A stretch of DNA of 62,941 nucleotides, counting the filler, from Octopus bimaculoides (lineage: Eukaryota), in NCBI RefSeq assembly GCF_001194135.2. It is 4 parts of 3 records of this genome, joined end to end, with 100 filler letters (N's around TTAATTAATTAA, not from the genome) between each part and the next. Parts side by side here need not be neighbours in the genome. Positions count along the whole stretch, not along the records: positions 1 to 30,346 come from NC_068981.1; 3 more parts are not named here. The stretch is one strand, 5' to 3'. Positions 1 through 12,190 of this stretch are shown piece after piece. The notes below the pieces were generated by a model that saw nothing but the letters and a program-made list of their open reading frames with translations, was not told the DNA's origin and did no database searches. The translations under genes were made by a program, and so were the position numbers. The first letter of the stretch is position 1; every line of letters begins with the position of its first letter.

Positions 1-200
1 GTGACTGGCAGGTTTCCTGAAGTTGGTATTGCAGACCATAAGATTGGTTGCATCACAGAACTCCAGCAGTCTGGTTCCCTCCTTGTTGCGGGAACCGAAG
101 CCATAGCCTCCATGTATGCCATGGAAGCCCCCAGCACGACGTCCGACATGACCGTTGAAGTCTCCAGCCACAAAGAGAAGGTCCCTGTCACTCGTCGACG
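1..200 (-). mobile_element. RTE-clade LINE fragment, apurinic endonuclease domain
   Basis: Minus frame reads DLLFVAGDFNGHVGRR...GYGFGSRNKEGTRLLEFCDATNLMVCNTNFRKPASH, with the GDFN and NT.F motifs typical of RTE APE. Continues off the window edge. Confidence 0.88.
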
Positions 201-1432
201 AGGTAGTTTAAGCTTGAAAAAAAAATGACAGGATGGTCACAGTTGGAAAGATTTTGGTCATAGATGTATTCACTCATGATTAAAGTAGGGTTAAATAGCA
301 CCAATGTCATCAGGTTAATTTCAATGACAGATCTTCTTAATTGCTCTTTAGTTTCCAAATTATTCTTGTTTATTTGTCAAAATAGTCTTGTTTAAAATTA
401 CTAATCAGGGATCATATATTCACACAGGGCTAAACTAAGATTGAGAAAAACTATAAGACATTCCATTTGTGACCACCCAGCCTTTTTTTCCAGACTTGGG
501 ACTACATAAGTCAGTGTAACTTTCGCTTTTTTAGGTGATTTGAGGCAAATTTGGTTGCTATTTCTAGTTCAGGTGAATGCACATGAGTTGATTGCTCTCT
601 CTCTCTCTCTCTTTGGTATATTTTGTCATTTAGGTATGGGTATGTGGTTAAGAAATTTGCTTCTCAACCACAAGGCTTTGGGTTCACTCTTAATGTGTGG
701 TTACCTTAAGTATCTTTTTCTATAGCCCTGGGCAAACCAAAGCCTTGTGAGTGGATTTGATAGACACAAGAAGCCTGTTGTGTGTGTATATGTATGTATG
801 TGTTTTCGTGTCTCCTTGTCTTGACATTATGTGATTATTGGAAATGTATCTCTCATACAAGTGGTGTCATTCCTTTCCAATCTTCTGTGAAGACATGTCC
901 ACCCATTGGGAAATATTACCTTGATAGAAAATAGGTGAAGAGTGTGACTGATGTTTGCATAGCTGGAGTGTGTCTGCTCTTTGTATGTATGGAGTGTTGT
1001 TTGTATGGAAGGACATCTGGCTGTAGAACATCTGCCTCAATGAATTCCATCTGACCCATGCAAACATGGAAAAGTAGATGTTAAAATATTGATGATCTTG
1101 TCGTGGAACTACTTTCCTCTGACATAGTGGTCTTCCATCTATGCATGATGTGGCTAGTGTGCAGCCAGTTGTATTGCTTCGTGCATAAGTGCATAACTCG
1201 CCATCTCTACAAAAGGAAAAAGAGCGTACCTTTTTGCAGTCAGTCAGCAGAAGATCTTGACGCCACGACCGTCAGCAAACAAATCTCTATGACCATTGGC
1301 AAACAAAACTCTGTTCCAGTCAATTAGCCAGCAGTTAGCAGAATACTTTGACGAGAGTACAACTATTTTCAGTGGAGCTTCAGAAGGACACTACCCCTGA
1401 CAGCATTACTTCAACACATTAAGTTACAATCT

Positions 1433-1660
1433 TTAACCCTTTAGCATTCAAATTACTTTGTCAAATATAATGCTTATTTATTCACTTTGTTTTAAATTTA
1501 TCATTCACTATCTTGTAGCTTCAAGATTTTGATCATGTGATGGTGTATTCTTAGAATGACATTGTAGGGTATATGTGAGAGGCCAGTTCTATCTGGTCTA
1601 AACATTAAACAGGTAAAACACATGGGCTGGATATGGCTGGTTTGAATGCTAAAGAGTTAA
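1433..1660. mobile_element. piggyBac-like MITE (TTAA-flanked)
   Basis: ttaa-ccctttagcattcaaa ... tttgaatgctaaagag-ttaa: 20-bp inverted termini (1 mismatch) including TTAA; non-coding interior. Confidence 0.75.
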
Positions 1661-1701
1661 ATCTATATTGCATTAATGTTTGGCTATATTTTATTCCACA
1701 G

Positions 1702-1776
1702 AAATGGCTGTCGTTCATTGTCTGGAACCAGCGTAGCATCCCCTGTTGTTGCAGGAGCAGTCACACTCTTGGCAAG
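1702..1776 (+). CDS. MBTPS1: Site-1 protease exon (first in window) with catalytic Ser: [24 protein letters not shown]
   Basis: ttccacag| acceptor and |gtaagc donor; 75 nt, phase 2-2. Matches human S1[24 protein letters not shown] (catalytic S414). Confidence 0.97.
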
Positions 1777-2956
1777 GTAAGCTAAAATGAAGTTTTTAGC
1801 TATATAGCTGCAGCTTGTGTTGATGGCTTACTTTTGTTTTTCTGTTTTTCCATTTTATTGATTATTACCCAAAGTGTGCTAAGCGTTGTTTATCATACCT
1901 GTGTGAGATGAATTAGATATTGATTGAGTTATTTATTTATTCACAACATTGAGAAACAATAAATTTGTGTTAAGAGAGCAACCTTTGTAATAAGAAATCA
2001 ATTAATCCAGATTCATTTTGAAAACAGTGCCAACTCTGTCTCTCCAATCCCCAATCCTGTACTTTTTTCTTTTACTTGTTTTAGTCATTACACTGTGGCC
2101 ATACACGGGCACAACCTTGATGGGTTTGGTCAAATGAATTGACTCCAGTACTTACTTTTTATGTGGTACTTATTCTGTTGGTCTTATTTTGCCAGACTGC
2201 TTAGTTATGGGGATGTAAGCAAACCAACATTGGTTGTCAAGCAGTGGTGGTGAGACACACACACTCATACACACACTCATGACGGGCTTCTCCACAGTTT
2301 TTATCTCCACACAGCCATGTCTAGACGCTCTGCTTCAGCTTTTCTCCTCCTATATATGTGATGCTGGATTTATGCTAAGCTAAACTCTTGTGAGTCAATG
2401 GCCATCCACTAGCATGTACATATCTACATTACAGTCAGGTTAAGGTTTTCTGGTTACCCTGGTTTATCCTGCTATTGGCTACTATGTAACCCAGTACTCT
2501 CTGCCACATGATAGAATTCGTCAGCATTTGACAGGCAGTCCATCTAGGAGAAGGAAAACTCTGACTTCAAACATCTGCTGTCTTGCAAGCAAGTAAAAAC
2601 TTGGGCCTCAGACTCAATAGGAGCCTCAAAAATAACTAAAAGGAATATTTATGTTTCCAAGATTTGTGGGCTCTTGTAGAATCATTAGCATGCAGGGCAA
2701 AACGCTTAGTGGCATTCCATCTGTCTTTACATTCTGAGTTCAGATTCCACTGAGGTTGACTTTTACTGCGACCATGCTGGGGCACTGCCTTGAATTTTAG
2801 TTGAACAAATTGACTCCAGTACTTACATTTTTTAAGCCTTGTATTTAATCTATCAGTTTCTTTTGCTGAACTGCTATGTTATGGAGATATAAACACACCA
2901 ATACCAGTTGTTAAACAGTGTTGGGGGACAAACATAGTCAAAGAAAGACAGACTCA

Positions 2957-2998
<42 letters not shown>

Positions 2999-3386
2999 TG
3001 CACACACTTTCAGTTTCCATCTACCAAATCTAGTCACAAGGCTTTGGTTGGCCTGATGCTAGAATAGAAGACACTTGTTCAAGGTGCTGTGCTGTGGAAC
3101 TGAACCTGAAACCATATGATTGTGAAGCAAACTTCTAACAACACAACCACATGGGTGCAGGAATAGTTACAAGGTTACCTGCTGAGTGGCCTCTTAGGCA
3201 ATTACATTGACTGAAGGCTTTGCTTTGAGATAGATTTAACTGATATTTCTGCTGATCAGTGAAGCACATAGAGACTCCTTCGTTGAATCGTATAAGGATA
3301 AGTAATATATTTGGATCAATCTAATTGCCTTTCTGTGTCTTTTTCTTAAATTTTTTTACTAACATTATCTCTTTATATAATTACAG

Positions 3387-3551
3387 TGCAGTAACAGACA
3401 GAGCCAGTGTGATCAATCCTGCTAGTATGAAACAAGCATTGATGGTGTCAGCAAAGAGGTTACCTGGTGTCAATATGTTTGAACAAGGTCATGGCAAGCT
3501 TGATCTGCTCCGGACATACCAAACTCTACAAACTTACAAACCTCAAGCAAG
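3387..3551 (+). CDS. MBTPS1: S1P exon: (S)[54 protein letters not shown]
   Basis: ttacag| ... |gtaagc; 165 nt, phase 2-2. Near-identical to human [33 protein letters not shown]. Confidence 0.97.
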
Positions 3552-3618
3552 GTAAGCATGGCAAAATTTGCATATATGAAGTTATTACAGTTCTATATTT
3601 AAGAGATGAGGAATTATG

Positions 3619-4087
3619 TACATTATTTACATTCAACGGATATTTGTCCTCACCTTGTTTGTTGTTAGCACAACGTTTCGGCTGATATACCCTCCAGCCT
3701 TCATCAAGTGCCTTGGGGAAATTTTGAACCTGGGTTCTCATTCCTAAGATATGTTGTTGTTGTTGCTGTTGCTGTTGCTGTTGTTGTTCTTATTCAGGTC
3801 ACTGCCTGGAATCTTGGGATTCTTAACCACTATGCCATATGCCCACGGGCATATGGCATAGTAGTTAAGAGCGCGGGCTACTAACCCCAAGATTCCGAGT
3901 TCAATTCCAAGCAGTGACCTGAACAATAACAATAATAATAATGACATCGAAAAATACCTTAGGAATGAGAACTCAGGTTCAAAATTTCCCCAAGACACCT
4001 GAAGAAGACTGGAGGTTATATCAGCTGAAACATTATGTTAACAACAAACAAGATGAGGACAAATATCCGTCGAATGTAAATAATGTA
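3619..4087. mobile_element. Palindromic head-to-head dimer of a tRNA-derived SINE with a hammerhead-like 3' module
   Basis: The arms are reverse complements around the centre tatgccatatgccc-ac-gggcatatggcata (3831-3860). The right arm has A-box-like and B-box-like (gagttcaattcc) motifs, (AAT)n and a CTGAAGA...GAAAC module. Confidence 0.8.
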
Positions 4088-4353
4088 TAAAGTTATTGTT
4101 AGTTTATGGCATTAGGCTCTTTACTGTTGATTCTTCGTAAGGTCAATAGTTTGAATCTTACTTCACACATTTTGTTGTACCATAAGGCAAAGCAGACATC
4201 CGACAATGACTTAGTTGGCTGAAATTTCAAAGTCACTGTCAACAACATTCTTGTTTAAGATTAATAAATTTGTACTCTATAAAAGTATGAGTGACAGTGA
4301 GATTAGTGTAAAATTGTTTTTAATATAACTGAACATAAAAACAAACATTAATC

Positions 4354-4533
<180 letters not shown>

Positions 4534-4959
4534 CATATATATACACATACATACACACACACATACATGCTCACATACACACTCACACCTCACACATAAT
4601 GTCATCACCATCATTATCATCATTTAATGTCTGGCTTCCATGTATGGGCTGGACAATTAGACAGGGTCTGTGAAGTTAGAGGAGGATTACATCATGTTCC
4701 AATGTCTACTTTAACATGTGTTCTATAACTGGAAGCCCTTCTTAATGATAATCATGTTACAATTGTATACTGATAGCTTTTTTTGAGGTACCAGCACTAA
4801 ACAAGATTGACTGATAAAAAGTCAAATGTAAAATGATGTTTTACATACACACATTCTTTAATCTGGCTTATTTGATGTTAAGATCATTTTTAGCTGTTAA
4901 AAAAAAATAAAAACAAAAAAGTTTGTCCATATCAGAAATACTATTAAAATTTGAGCACG

Positions 4960-5350
4960 GTTGCGTTTATGCAGCACTGGCACATGTACTTTTTATGTGG
5001 CACAGGCACCTGAAAGGACAAGCCTTTGTGTGTGGAAGATGCATCTTATCAAGTACAGCAAATCTCCACATCTCCTAGTTCCTTGTCATTTCCTCAGTGA
5101 GGCTCAGCATCCGAAGATCCTTTCTCACCACTTCCTCCCATGTCTTCCTGGTTCTACCTGTTCCACAGAGTTCAGCACTTCTTTACACAGCTGTCCTCAT
5201 CCATATGCATCACACGACCAAACCAGCACAGTTTACTCTCTTGCACAATATATCTGATGCCTCTTATACCCAGTTTTTCTCTTAAATCATTTACACTCTG
5301 TCGTGCATGCCCACTGACATTCCCCATCCAGCAGAGCATGCTAGCTTCAT
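4960..5350 (-). mobile_element. Degraded RTE LINE 3' coding end
   Basis: Minus strand gives EASMLCWMGNVSGHARQSVNDLREKLGIRGI...WFGRVMHMDEDSCVKK, paralogous to the ORF at 11343-11723. Confidence 0.7.
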
Positions 5351-5420
5351 TTTTTTTTCTGTGTATAGCTATTGTATAACTATTTCCCTTTGCTGTAATA
5401 TTTGCATTTATTTCATCTAG

Positions 5421-5517
5421 CTTGAGCCCCAGTTACATTGATTTGACTGAATGCCCTTACATGTGGCCCTATTGCACTCAACCAATATACCATGGTGGGA
5501 TGCCAGTTATTATTAAC
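5421..5517 (+). CDS. MBTPS1: S1P exon: (S)[32 protein letters not shown]
   Basis: tcatctag| ... |gtgagt; 97 nt, phase 2-0. Matches human [28 protein letters not shown]. Confidence 0.97.
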
Positions 5518-6021
5518 GTGAGTATTTTATTTTATGATGTTATATTTGAATAATACTTAGACAAAATGATGTGTGGGAGATATATATGTGTGTGTGTGTG
5601 TGTATATACTTTTTATCTTTTAGTTGTTATAGTCAGAGCACTACATCCATGTTGGATCATTGCCTCTAGGGGGTCTAGTCAAATAAACTGACCCTAGTAC
5701 GTACTTGTTTTGAGTCTGGCACTTATTCTGTTGGTTTCTTTTGCTGAACTGCTAAGTTACAGGGATTTAAACCAGTTGTCAAATGGTGTAGGGGATACAT
5801 TTGAAAACACAAGTGTGCATGTACACGCACATACACACACACACATATATATATGTGACAGGCTTCCACATAGTTTCTGTTTACCAAATTGTCTTACAAG
5901 ACATTGGATGACCTAGAAGCCATAATAGAAAATACTTACCGAAGGTACTGTGCAGTGGGATTGAACCCAAAGCCATGTGATTGCAAAGTGAGCTTTGAAA
6001 CTACACACCTATGCTGTACAT

Positions 6022-6059
<38 letters not shown>

Positions 6060-6523
6060 CAATCCCAGTGCTCAACTGGTACTTATTTTATCAACCCCAA
6101 AAGGATGAAAGGCAAAGTCGATCGTGGCAGAATTTGAACTCAGAATGTAAAGACAGAAGAAACGTTGTTAAGCATTTTGCCTGACATGCTAACAATTCTT
6201 CCGGCTCACTGCCCTAATAATCATAATAATGACAATAATAATCCTTTCTACTATAGGCACACAGCCTGGATTTTGTGAGGAAGGGGACAGTCAATCACAT
6301 TGACCCCCAGTGCTCAACTGGTACTTAATTTATCAACCCTGAAAGGATGAAAGGCAAAGTTGACCTCGGCTGAATTTGAACTCAGAACGTAGTGACGGGT
6401 GAAATACCACTAGGTATTTCGTCCAGGGTGCTAATGATTCTACCAGCTCACCAATAATAATGAAACATGTGCTAATAGTAAAAATGTGCTTATTGATCAT
6501 TTATTTGTGTATTTTTATTTTAG

Positions 6524-6571
6524 GTGACTATACTGAATGGAATGGGTGTGACTGGACGTATAGTGGACAAA
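6524..6571 (+). CDS. MBTPS1: S1P exon: VTILNGMGVTGRIVDK
   Basis: ttttag| ... |gtgagt; 48 nt, phase 0-0. Identical to the human peptide as recalled. Confidence 0.96.
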
Positions 6572-6798
6572 GTGAGTATTTTGTTTTGGTGATTTATATT
6601 TTCTTTTTTCCTTTTTTTTTTTTCCACATATAAAGGAAAACTGAAGCCAAACAAATATGTTACTAATAAAAAAACAAAAAAACTATTCATCTTTCAATCA
6701 CTTTGCTATGATGATGATAATAATAATCTTACTACTGATGCTCACTCTGTCCAATGTACGTGACTGTTATTTTGCTTCTTTCACATTTCTCTTTCCAG

Positions 6799-6981
6799 CC
6801 ATTATGGCAGCCTTATGCTCCTCAGTTCGGTAATTACATTGATGTGGCTTTCTCATATTCTCAAACATTGTGGCCCTGGTCAGGTTACTTAGCCATTGCT
6901 ATTGCTGTCGGAAAAAGTGCTGCAAATTGGCAAGGGATTGCACAGGGACTGGTTACTGTTACTGTTGAATCTGCTCCTGAG
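6799..6981 (+). CDS. MBTPS1: S1P exon: [61 protein letters not shown]
   Basis: ctttccag| ... |gttagt; 183 nt, phase 0-0. Matches human [33 protein letters not shown]. Confidence 0.96.
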
Positions 6982-7761
6982 GTTAGTACGGTTTATATAT
7001 TTATTTTTTAACTTCATTCGTATTTTTATTTATAGCTGCTGGCAGTCTTATGTAGTGTGTGTGTGTGTGTGTGTGTGTGAGCATACGTAAGAGATAAAGT
7101 AAAAGAAAAAAAAAGATTAGTAATTTAACTTCTTAAACTTTTATATAAGTCTAGATTTGCAGTTGCTGAAACAATTAAAAATGGTACTCTAGCTATTGAT
7201 AAAGAGTATATAAAAATAATACTCCTTTCTAAAACCAACTCTGTTTTGGATTTGGCTGTGGGATTTCCTGATATTTCAAATGTTATTAGGTTGTATAAAA
7301 TAAAAATGAGTACACAGATAAGGGGAGGTATTTATCCTGGGACTTTGGCAGTGCTTCTTTCTTTTATATCATTATTGATCTTGATGAGGATGATAGCAAT
7401 GCATAGTCATTTATGCAAAAATACATGGAATCAAAACTGCTGACAACACTGGAGGACATTATATTGGTATACTGTTATCCTGAAGCTCACATCAAATGGT
7501 TGTTTTCCTTGTAAAGGAACCAACCACTGTCAAAGTCCCTGGCTAATTACCTCCTCTTATCTGTGTTATAATTGTTTCTTTTATACCACTGATCACATTT
7601 GAAGTGTCTTGAAATTCAAAATCAAGATGGTTTATTCATCATTGTAAATGTAGAGCATTTGAAATTGCATTGGCTAATGAATAAAACCTAAGGTTATGTA
7701 CAAAATCCACAAATGTGGTAATGACTACTTGTTCTCCTAGTTTTCTGCCATTCTATATATA

Positions 7762-7798
<37 letters not shown>

Positions 7799-7988
7799 TT
7801 ACACACACACACACACACACACGTGTCTGTAATTGTTTACATTCTGCATCTTCGCATTTAACTACTTTTGTAGAGTTGAGTAAAATAGGGATCTGTGTTG
7901 ACATTCCCTATTAGCAAATTGTCCTGTAGCTTTGTTTCTATGACGACAAGCAGAGTAAAACAACACAGGCATCAACAACAAGAGTGGT

Positions 7989-8330
7989 ATGAAACCAGAT
8001 ATTGTGCTTTCTTCATTTTCATCAAAACAAGTGATTGGACTCAGTTTGCCACGTGAAAGCAGAATGAAGGAAGCTTACATCTACAAGACTGAAAAGTTTG
8101 ATAGTTTAACTATCAAAGTGAGAGAATCTAACATCCAAACCAAAGCCCTTGCCATGGAAGTGAGAGTGAGGGCTTTGTGGGAAAATCTGCTTACAATCTC
8201 ATGAAACAACTCTTTATTTCTGGCAGAAAGAGATTAGAGATTAGAGTTCTAAAAGCAATACAGAAAAGAAGGGTTCCAACTGGATTTGGTCAAAGAAGAA
8301 TGAAAGTGAATTTCAGGAGGTATAATTCAC
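7989..8330 (+). mobile_element. Restriction-like endonuclease (RLE) end of a HERO/NeSL-type non-LTR element, frameshifted
   Basis: KPDIVLSSFSSKQVI...ESRMKEAYIYKTEKF...AMEVRVRGFVGKSAYNLMKQL...NWIWSKK fits the PD..(D/E)..RK..KY..EVG.RGF..WLW pattern. Confidence 0.65.
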
Positions 8331-8646
8331 TCTGTGTTCAACTGGTGTCTCAGACTGAACTGGTTATGACATCCAAAGTACTTTGGGCTCTGGGGTACCT
8401 TCATGAACCAGGTGAGTGCAGATTACAGTGCAAACTGTAGCACAGAATGTGACAGGTGAGGGGTCTCAGGAGTCATGACTTGGATGTCGCCTGGATCCCC
8501 TAGAATGTAAGGAGTTAAGGGCTGAAACAATTACATGAGGTGAGGTGGGTTCTTTTTTCGAAGACTTGTTCAGCTCATAGTATCTCTTAGTACCTTAATT
8601 TTATATTCTTTGCATTGTTTGTCAAATTTTCTTTTCTTTGACATAG

Positions 8647-8723
8647 GAAGGGGAAGATAGTCCACGTGTATCCACAGCTAAATTACCAGTTCGGGTTAAG
8701 ATTATTCCAACTCCTGTACGAAG
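8647..8723 (+). CDS. MBTPS1: S1P exon: EGEDSPRVSTAKLPVRVKIIPTPVR
   Basis: tttgacatag| ... |gtataa; 77 nt, phase 0-2. Matches human STVKLPIKVKIIPTPPR. Confidence 0.93.
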
Positions 8724-8942
8724 GTATAAATGTCTTTTCTTTTATATTGTATTTTATTCATCTGTGGCTGTAAGGGTTAGCTATTGGACTACTCGTCACA
8801 TGGTCATGGTTTCAAGTATTTTATTTGTTCATAACAGTGAGTTTTGACTCTCTTTTTCAATTCAGGCCATGATAGAAGTGCTGTCAATGCAACCTTTGTT
8901 CAATTCTATGATCATTTCTCCAATGCAATCTAAAAAAATATA

Positions 8943-9344
8943 GGCGCAGGAGTGGCTGTGTGGTAAGTAGCTTGCTTACCAACCACATGGTTCTGGGTTC
9001 AGTCCCACTGCGTGGCACCTTGGGCAAGTGTCTTCTACTATAGCCTCGGGTCGACCAAAGCCTTGTGAGTGGTTTTGGTAGACGGAAACTGAAAGAAGTC
9101 CGTCGTATATATGTATATATATGTATATGTGTGTGTATGTTTGTGTGTCTTTGTTTGTCCCCCCACCATCGCTTGACAACCGATGCTGGTGTGTTTACGT
9201 CCCCGTAACTTAGCGGTTCGGCAAAAAGAGACCGATAGAATAAGTACTAGGCTTACAAAGAATAAGTCATGGGGTCGATTTGATCGACTAAAGGCGGTGC
9301 TCCAGCATGGCCGCAGTCAAATGACTGAAACAAGTAAAAGAGTA
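8943..9344 (+). mobile_element. Full-length, young-looking tRNA-derived SINE (family with ...gaaacaagtaaaagagta tail)
   Basis: Pol III-like head (gtggctgtgtggtaag; gggttcagtccc), internal (TA/TG)n and a shared tail. Related copies at ~2070-2300(-), 2770-3150(-), 5640-6000(-), 24700-24960(-), 47730-48160(+), 58253-58920(+). Confidence 0.85.
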
Positions 9345-10077
9345 TTATTAAACTGTCAAGCTATATGAGTTATTTCCCTTTACAGATCGATAAACTTTAA
9401 AACAGCCCTGGGCAAACTGCAGTCTGTGGGACTTACTGAATAGCACACCTAATGGAAAATTTACCGTGAATTATCTTAGTAGTGTGGTCTGATAATGAGC
9501 CATGTCTCATGTTGCCTGCTTTTATAGCAAATGTTTCTATTGCAACTGAAGTTTACTTTATTGCTTTTATATTAAACTAATAAAATAAACATTTATAAAG
9601 AAGGGTGCATTTACAAGATATCACATGATAACTGTCAGTGAGTACCTTTCTGGCACAATTTTATCTCCTTGTCAGAGTACAACACCATTTTATTTGTCAC
9701 GTAATGTCTTGTAATCAAGGGTTAAGTGTTAAATCAACTTTAATTTTCCTAGCCTTCTTCTATATACTTCCATTCACAGTTAAGGCGTAATGTAGGAATG
9801 GACATCAGTTCTTGACTCATTCTTCTTATTGACTCATGGAATGGTAAAATATAATAAAAGACAATCCTACCAAATCCTTGGTAGGATTTGAACACAGAAT
9901 GTAAAGTACCATAACTAAATACCATAGCATATTGTCTGCCTAAATTTTAATTTCATGAAAAGTTTAAGTTAGTCATTATTATAATCAAAATCATTTTTTT
10001 CATAAGTGTGTGCACAGTGTGGTATCAGCCAAAATGTCTAAAACCAGTAAAAGAGTAAAATAGTATTATAATTTTGA

Positions 10078-10212
<135 letters not shown>

Positions 10213-10222
10213 TGAGTTAGAA

Positions 10223-10273
<51 letters not shown>

Positions 10274-10722
10274 TACTTTTTTTTTCAGTTTAAAAATATT
10301 AGTGGTTTGGTAATATTGACTGATAGAATNNNNNNNNNNNNNNNNNNNNNNNNNNNNNNNNNNNNNNNNNNNNNNNNNNNNNNNNNNNNNNNNNNGTGCT
10401 CCAGCATGGCTGCTCCCTAATGATTGAAACAACTAAAAGGTAGAAGATTAAAAGATAACACTACCACTTTTAGTTATCTATGAAGATTAATTATCAAGCC
10501 CTTGTTGCTGATAAACCTCCAAGTTGGCCCTGATTAAGCAGATCTTTGACGAAAAGTATCCACTCTTTTCTTTCCAGGCATAGGATTAGTACCTCTGCCA
10601 AGGAGGTTATGTTTTCATTGGCGTTGGTTTGTCAGTCTGTCTCTCAGTGTGTAAAATAACTCAAAAAGTTGTGAACGGTATTTGATGAAACTTGCAGGAA
10701 AAGTTGGTAATGACACAAGGAA

Positions 10723-12190
10723 CATCATCGTCATCATCATCATCGTTTAACATCCGCTTTCCATGCTGACATGGGTTGGACAATTTGACAGGACTGGCGA
10801 GCCAGATGGCTGCACCAGGCTCCAATCTGATATGGCAGATTTTCTAACACCAACCATTCCGAGAGTGTAGTGGGTGCTTTTACGTGCCACTGGCACGAGG
10901 GCCAGTCAGGCGGTACTGGCAACGGCCACGCTCAAATGGTGTTTTTACATGCCACCTGCACAGGAGCCAGTCCAGTGGCACTGGCAACGACCTCGTTCGA
11001 ATATTTTTTTTTTCATGTGCCAGTAAGGCAACGCTGGTAATGATCACGCTCGAATGGTGCTTTTTACGTGCCACCGGCACGGGAGCCAGTCAGCTGCCCT
11101 GGCAACGATCATGCTCGGATGGTGCTCTTAGTGCTCCACTAGTACGGATGCCAGTCATGCGGTGCTGTAATTGAATTTGATTCCGATTTCACTTGCCTGA
11201 ACAGTTCTTCGCAAGCAGAGTTTAGTGTCCAATGAAGGAAAGGTACGCATAAGTGGGCTGGTTAACCTCCTGGCATAGGCCATGGGTTATGGTCTCACTT
11301 GGCTTGCCGGGTCTTCTCAAGCACAGCGTATTTCCAAAGGTCTCAGTCACTAGTCATTGCCTCGGTGAGGCCTAATATTCGAAGGTCATGCTTCACCACC
11401 TCAGCCCAGGTCTTCCTGGGTCTACTTCTTCCACAGGTTCCCTCAACCACTAAGGTGTAGCACCTTTTCACACAGCTATCCTCATGCATTCTCACCACAT
11501 GACCATACCAGCGCAGTCGTCTCTCTTGCACACCACAACTGATGCTTCGTAAGTTCAACTTTTCTCTCAAGGTACTGATACTCTGTCTAGTATGCACACT
11601 GACATTACACATCCATCGGAGCATACTGGCTTCGTTCCTTGCGAGCCTACGCATGTCCTCAGCAGTCACGGCCCATGTTTCACTGCCATGAAGCATGGCT
11701 GTTCGTACACATGCGTCATACAATTTGCCTTTTACTCTGAGAGAGAGACCCTTTGTTGCCAGCAGAGGTAAGAGCTCTCTGAACTTTGCCCAGGCTATTC
11801 TTATTCTAGCAGATACACTTTCAGAGCACCCACCCTGCTACTGACTGGTCACCTAGGGAACAGAAGCTATCAGCTACTTCTAGTTTTTCTCCTTGGAATG
11901 TGGCAGAAGTTGTTCTCTGCACATTTTCAGTGTTTATTACTCCTGAGCATCTGCCACATACAAAAACTCTTCCCAGTTAACCTTCCTTTGATATTGCTGC
12001 ACCTCTTATGTGTCCATAGCTTACACTGGGTACATCTTATAGAGTTTCTACCTACACCTTTTCTACAGATCGAGCAGGACCATCTACCTGAAGGGATTTG
12101 TGGTTTGTCTGCCTTCTTATTTATTAGGACTTTGGTTTTAACTAGGTTGAACAGATGATGAAATTTTGGTAGTGATCTTGAAATTTTCAT
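10723..12190 (-). mobile_element. 5'-truncated RTE LINE: RT C-terminus, Cys-rich insert, repeat-bearing 3' UTR, (ATG)n tail
   Basis: ORF 11343-11723 (LHGSETW...RLRWYGHVVRM...GRSRPRKTW) and upstream frames (NLVKTKVL...CSICRKGVG). The UTR ends ccatgtcagcatggaaagcggatgttaaacgatgatgatg. Confidence 0.9.

Noticed and set aside
1-228. + strand 75-aa ORF in the track
   Set aside because: It is the antisense shadow of the minus-strand RTE endonuclease frame.
8943-9020. tRNA genes at SINE heads (also 3847-3920, 43331, 48488)
   Set aside because: A/B boxes are present, but there is no complete cloverleaf or poly-T terminator and each continues into SINE body sequence.
9310-9344. Hammerhead-like half in the SINE tail (AGTC aaat GACT GAAAC AA GTA)
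   Set aside because: No CTGANGA-like core or stem I partner upstream; not enough to call.
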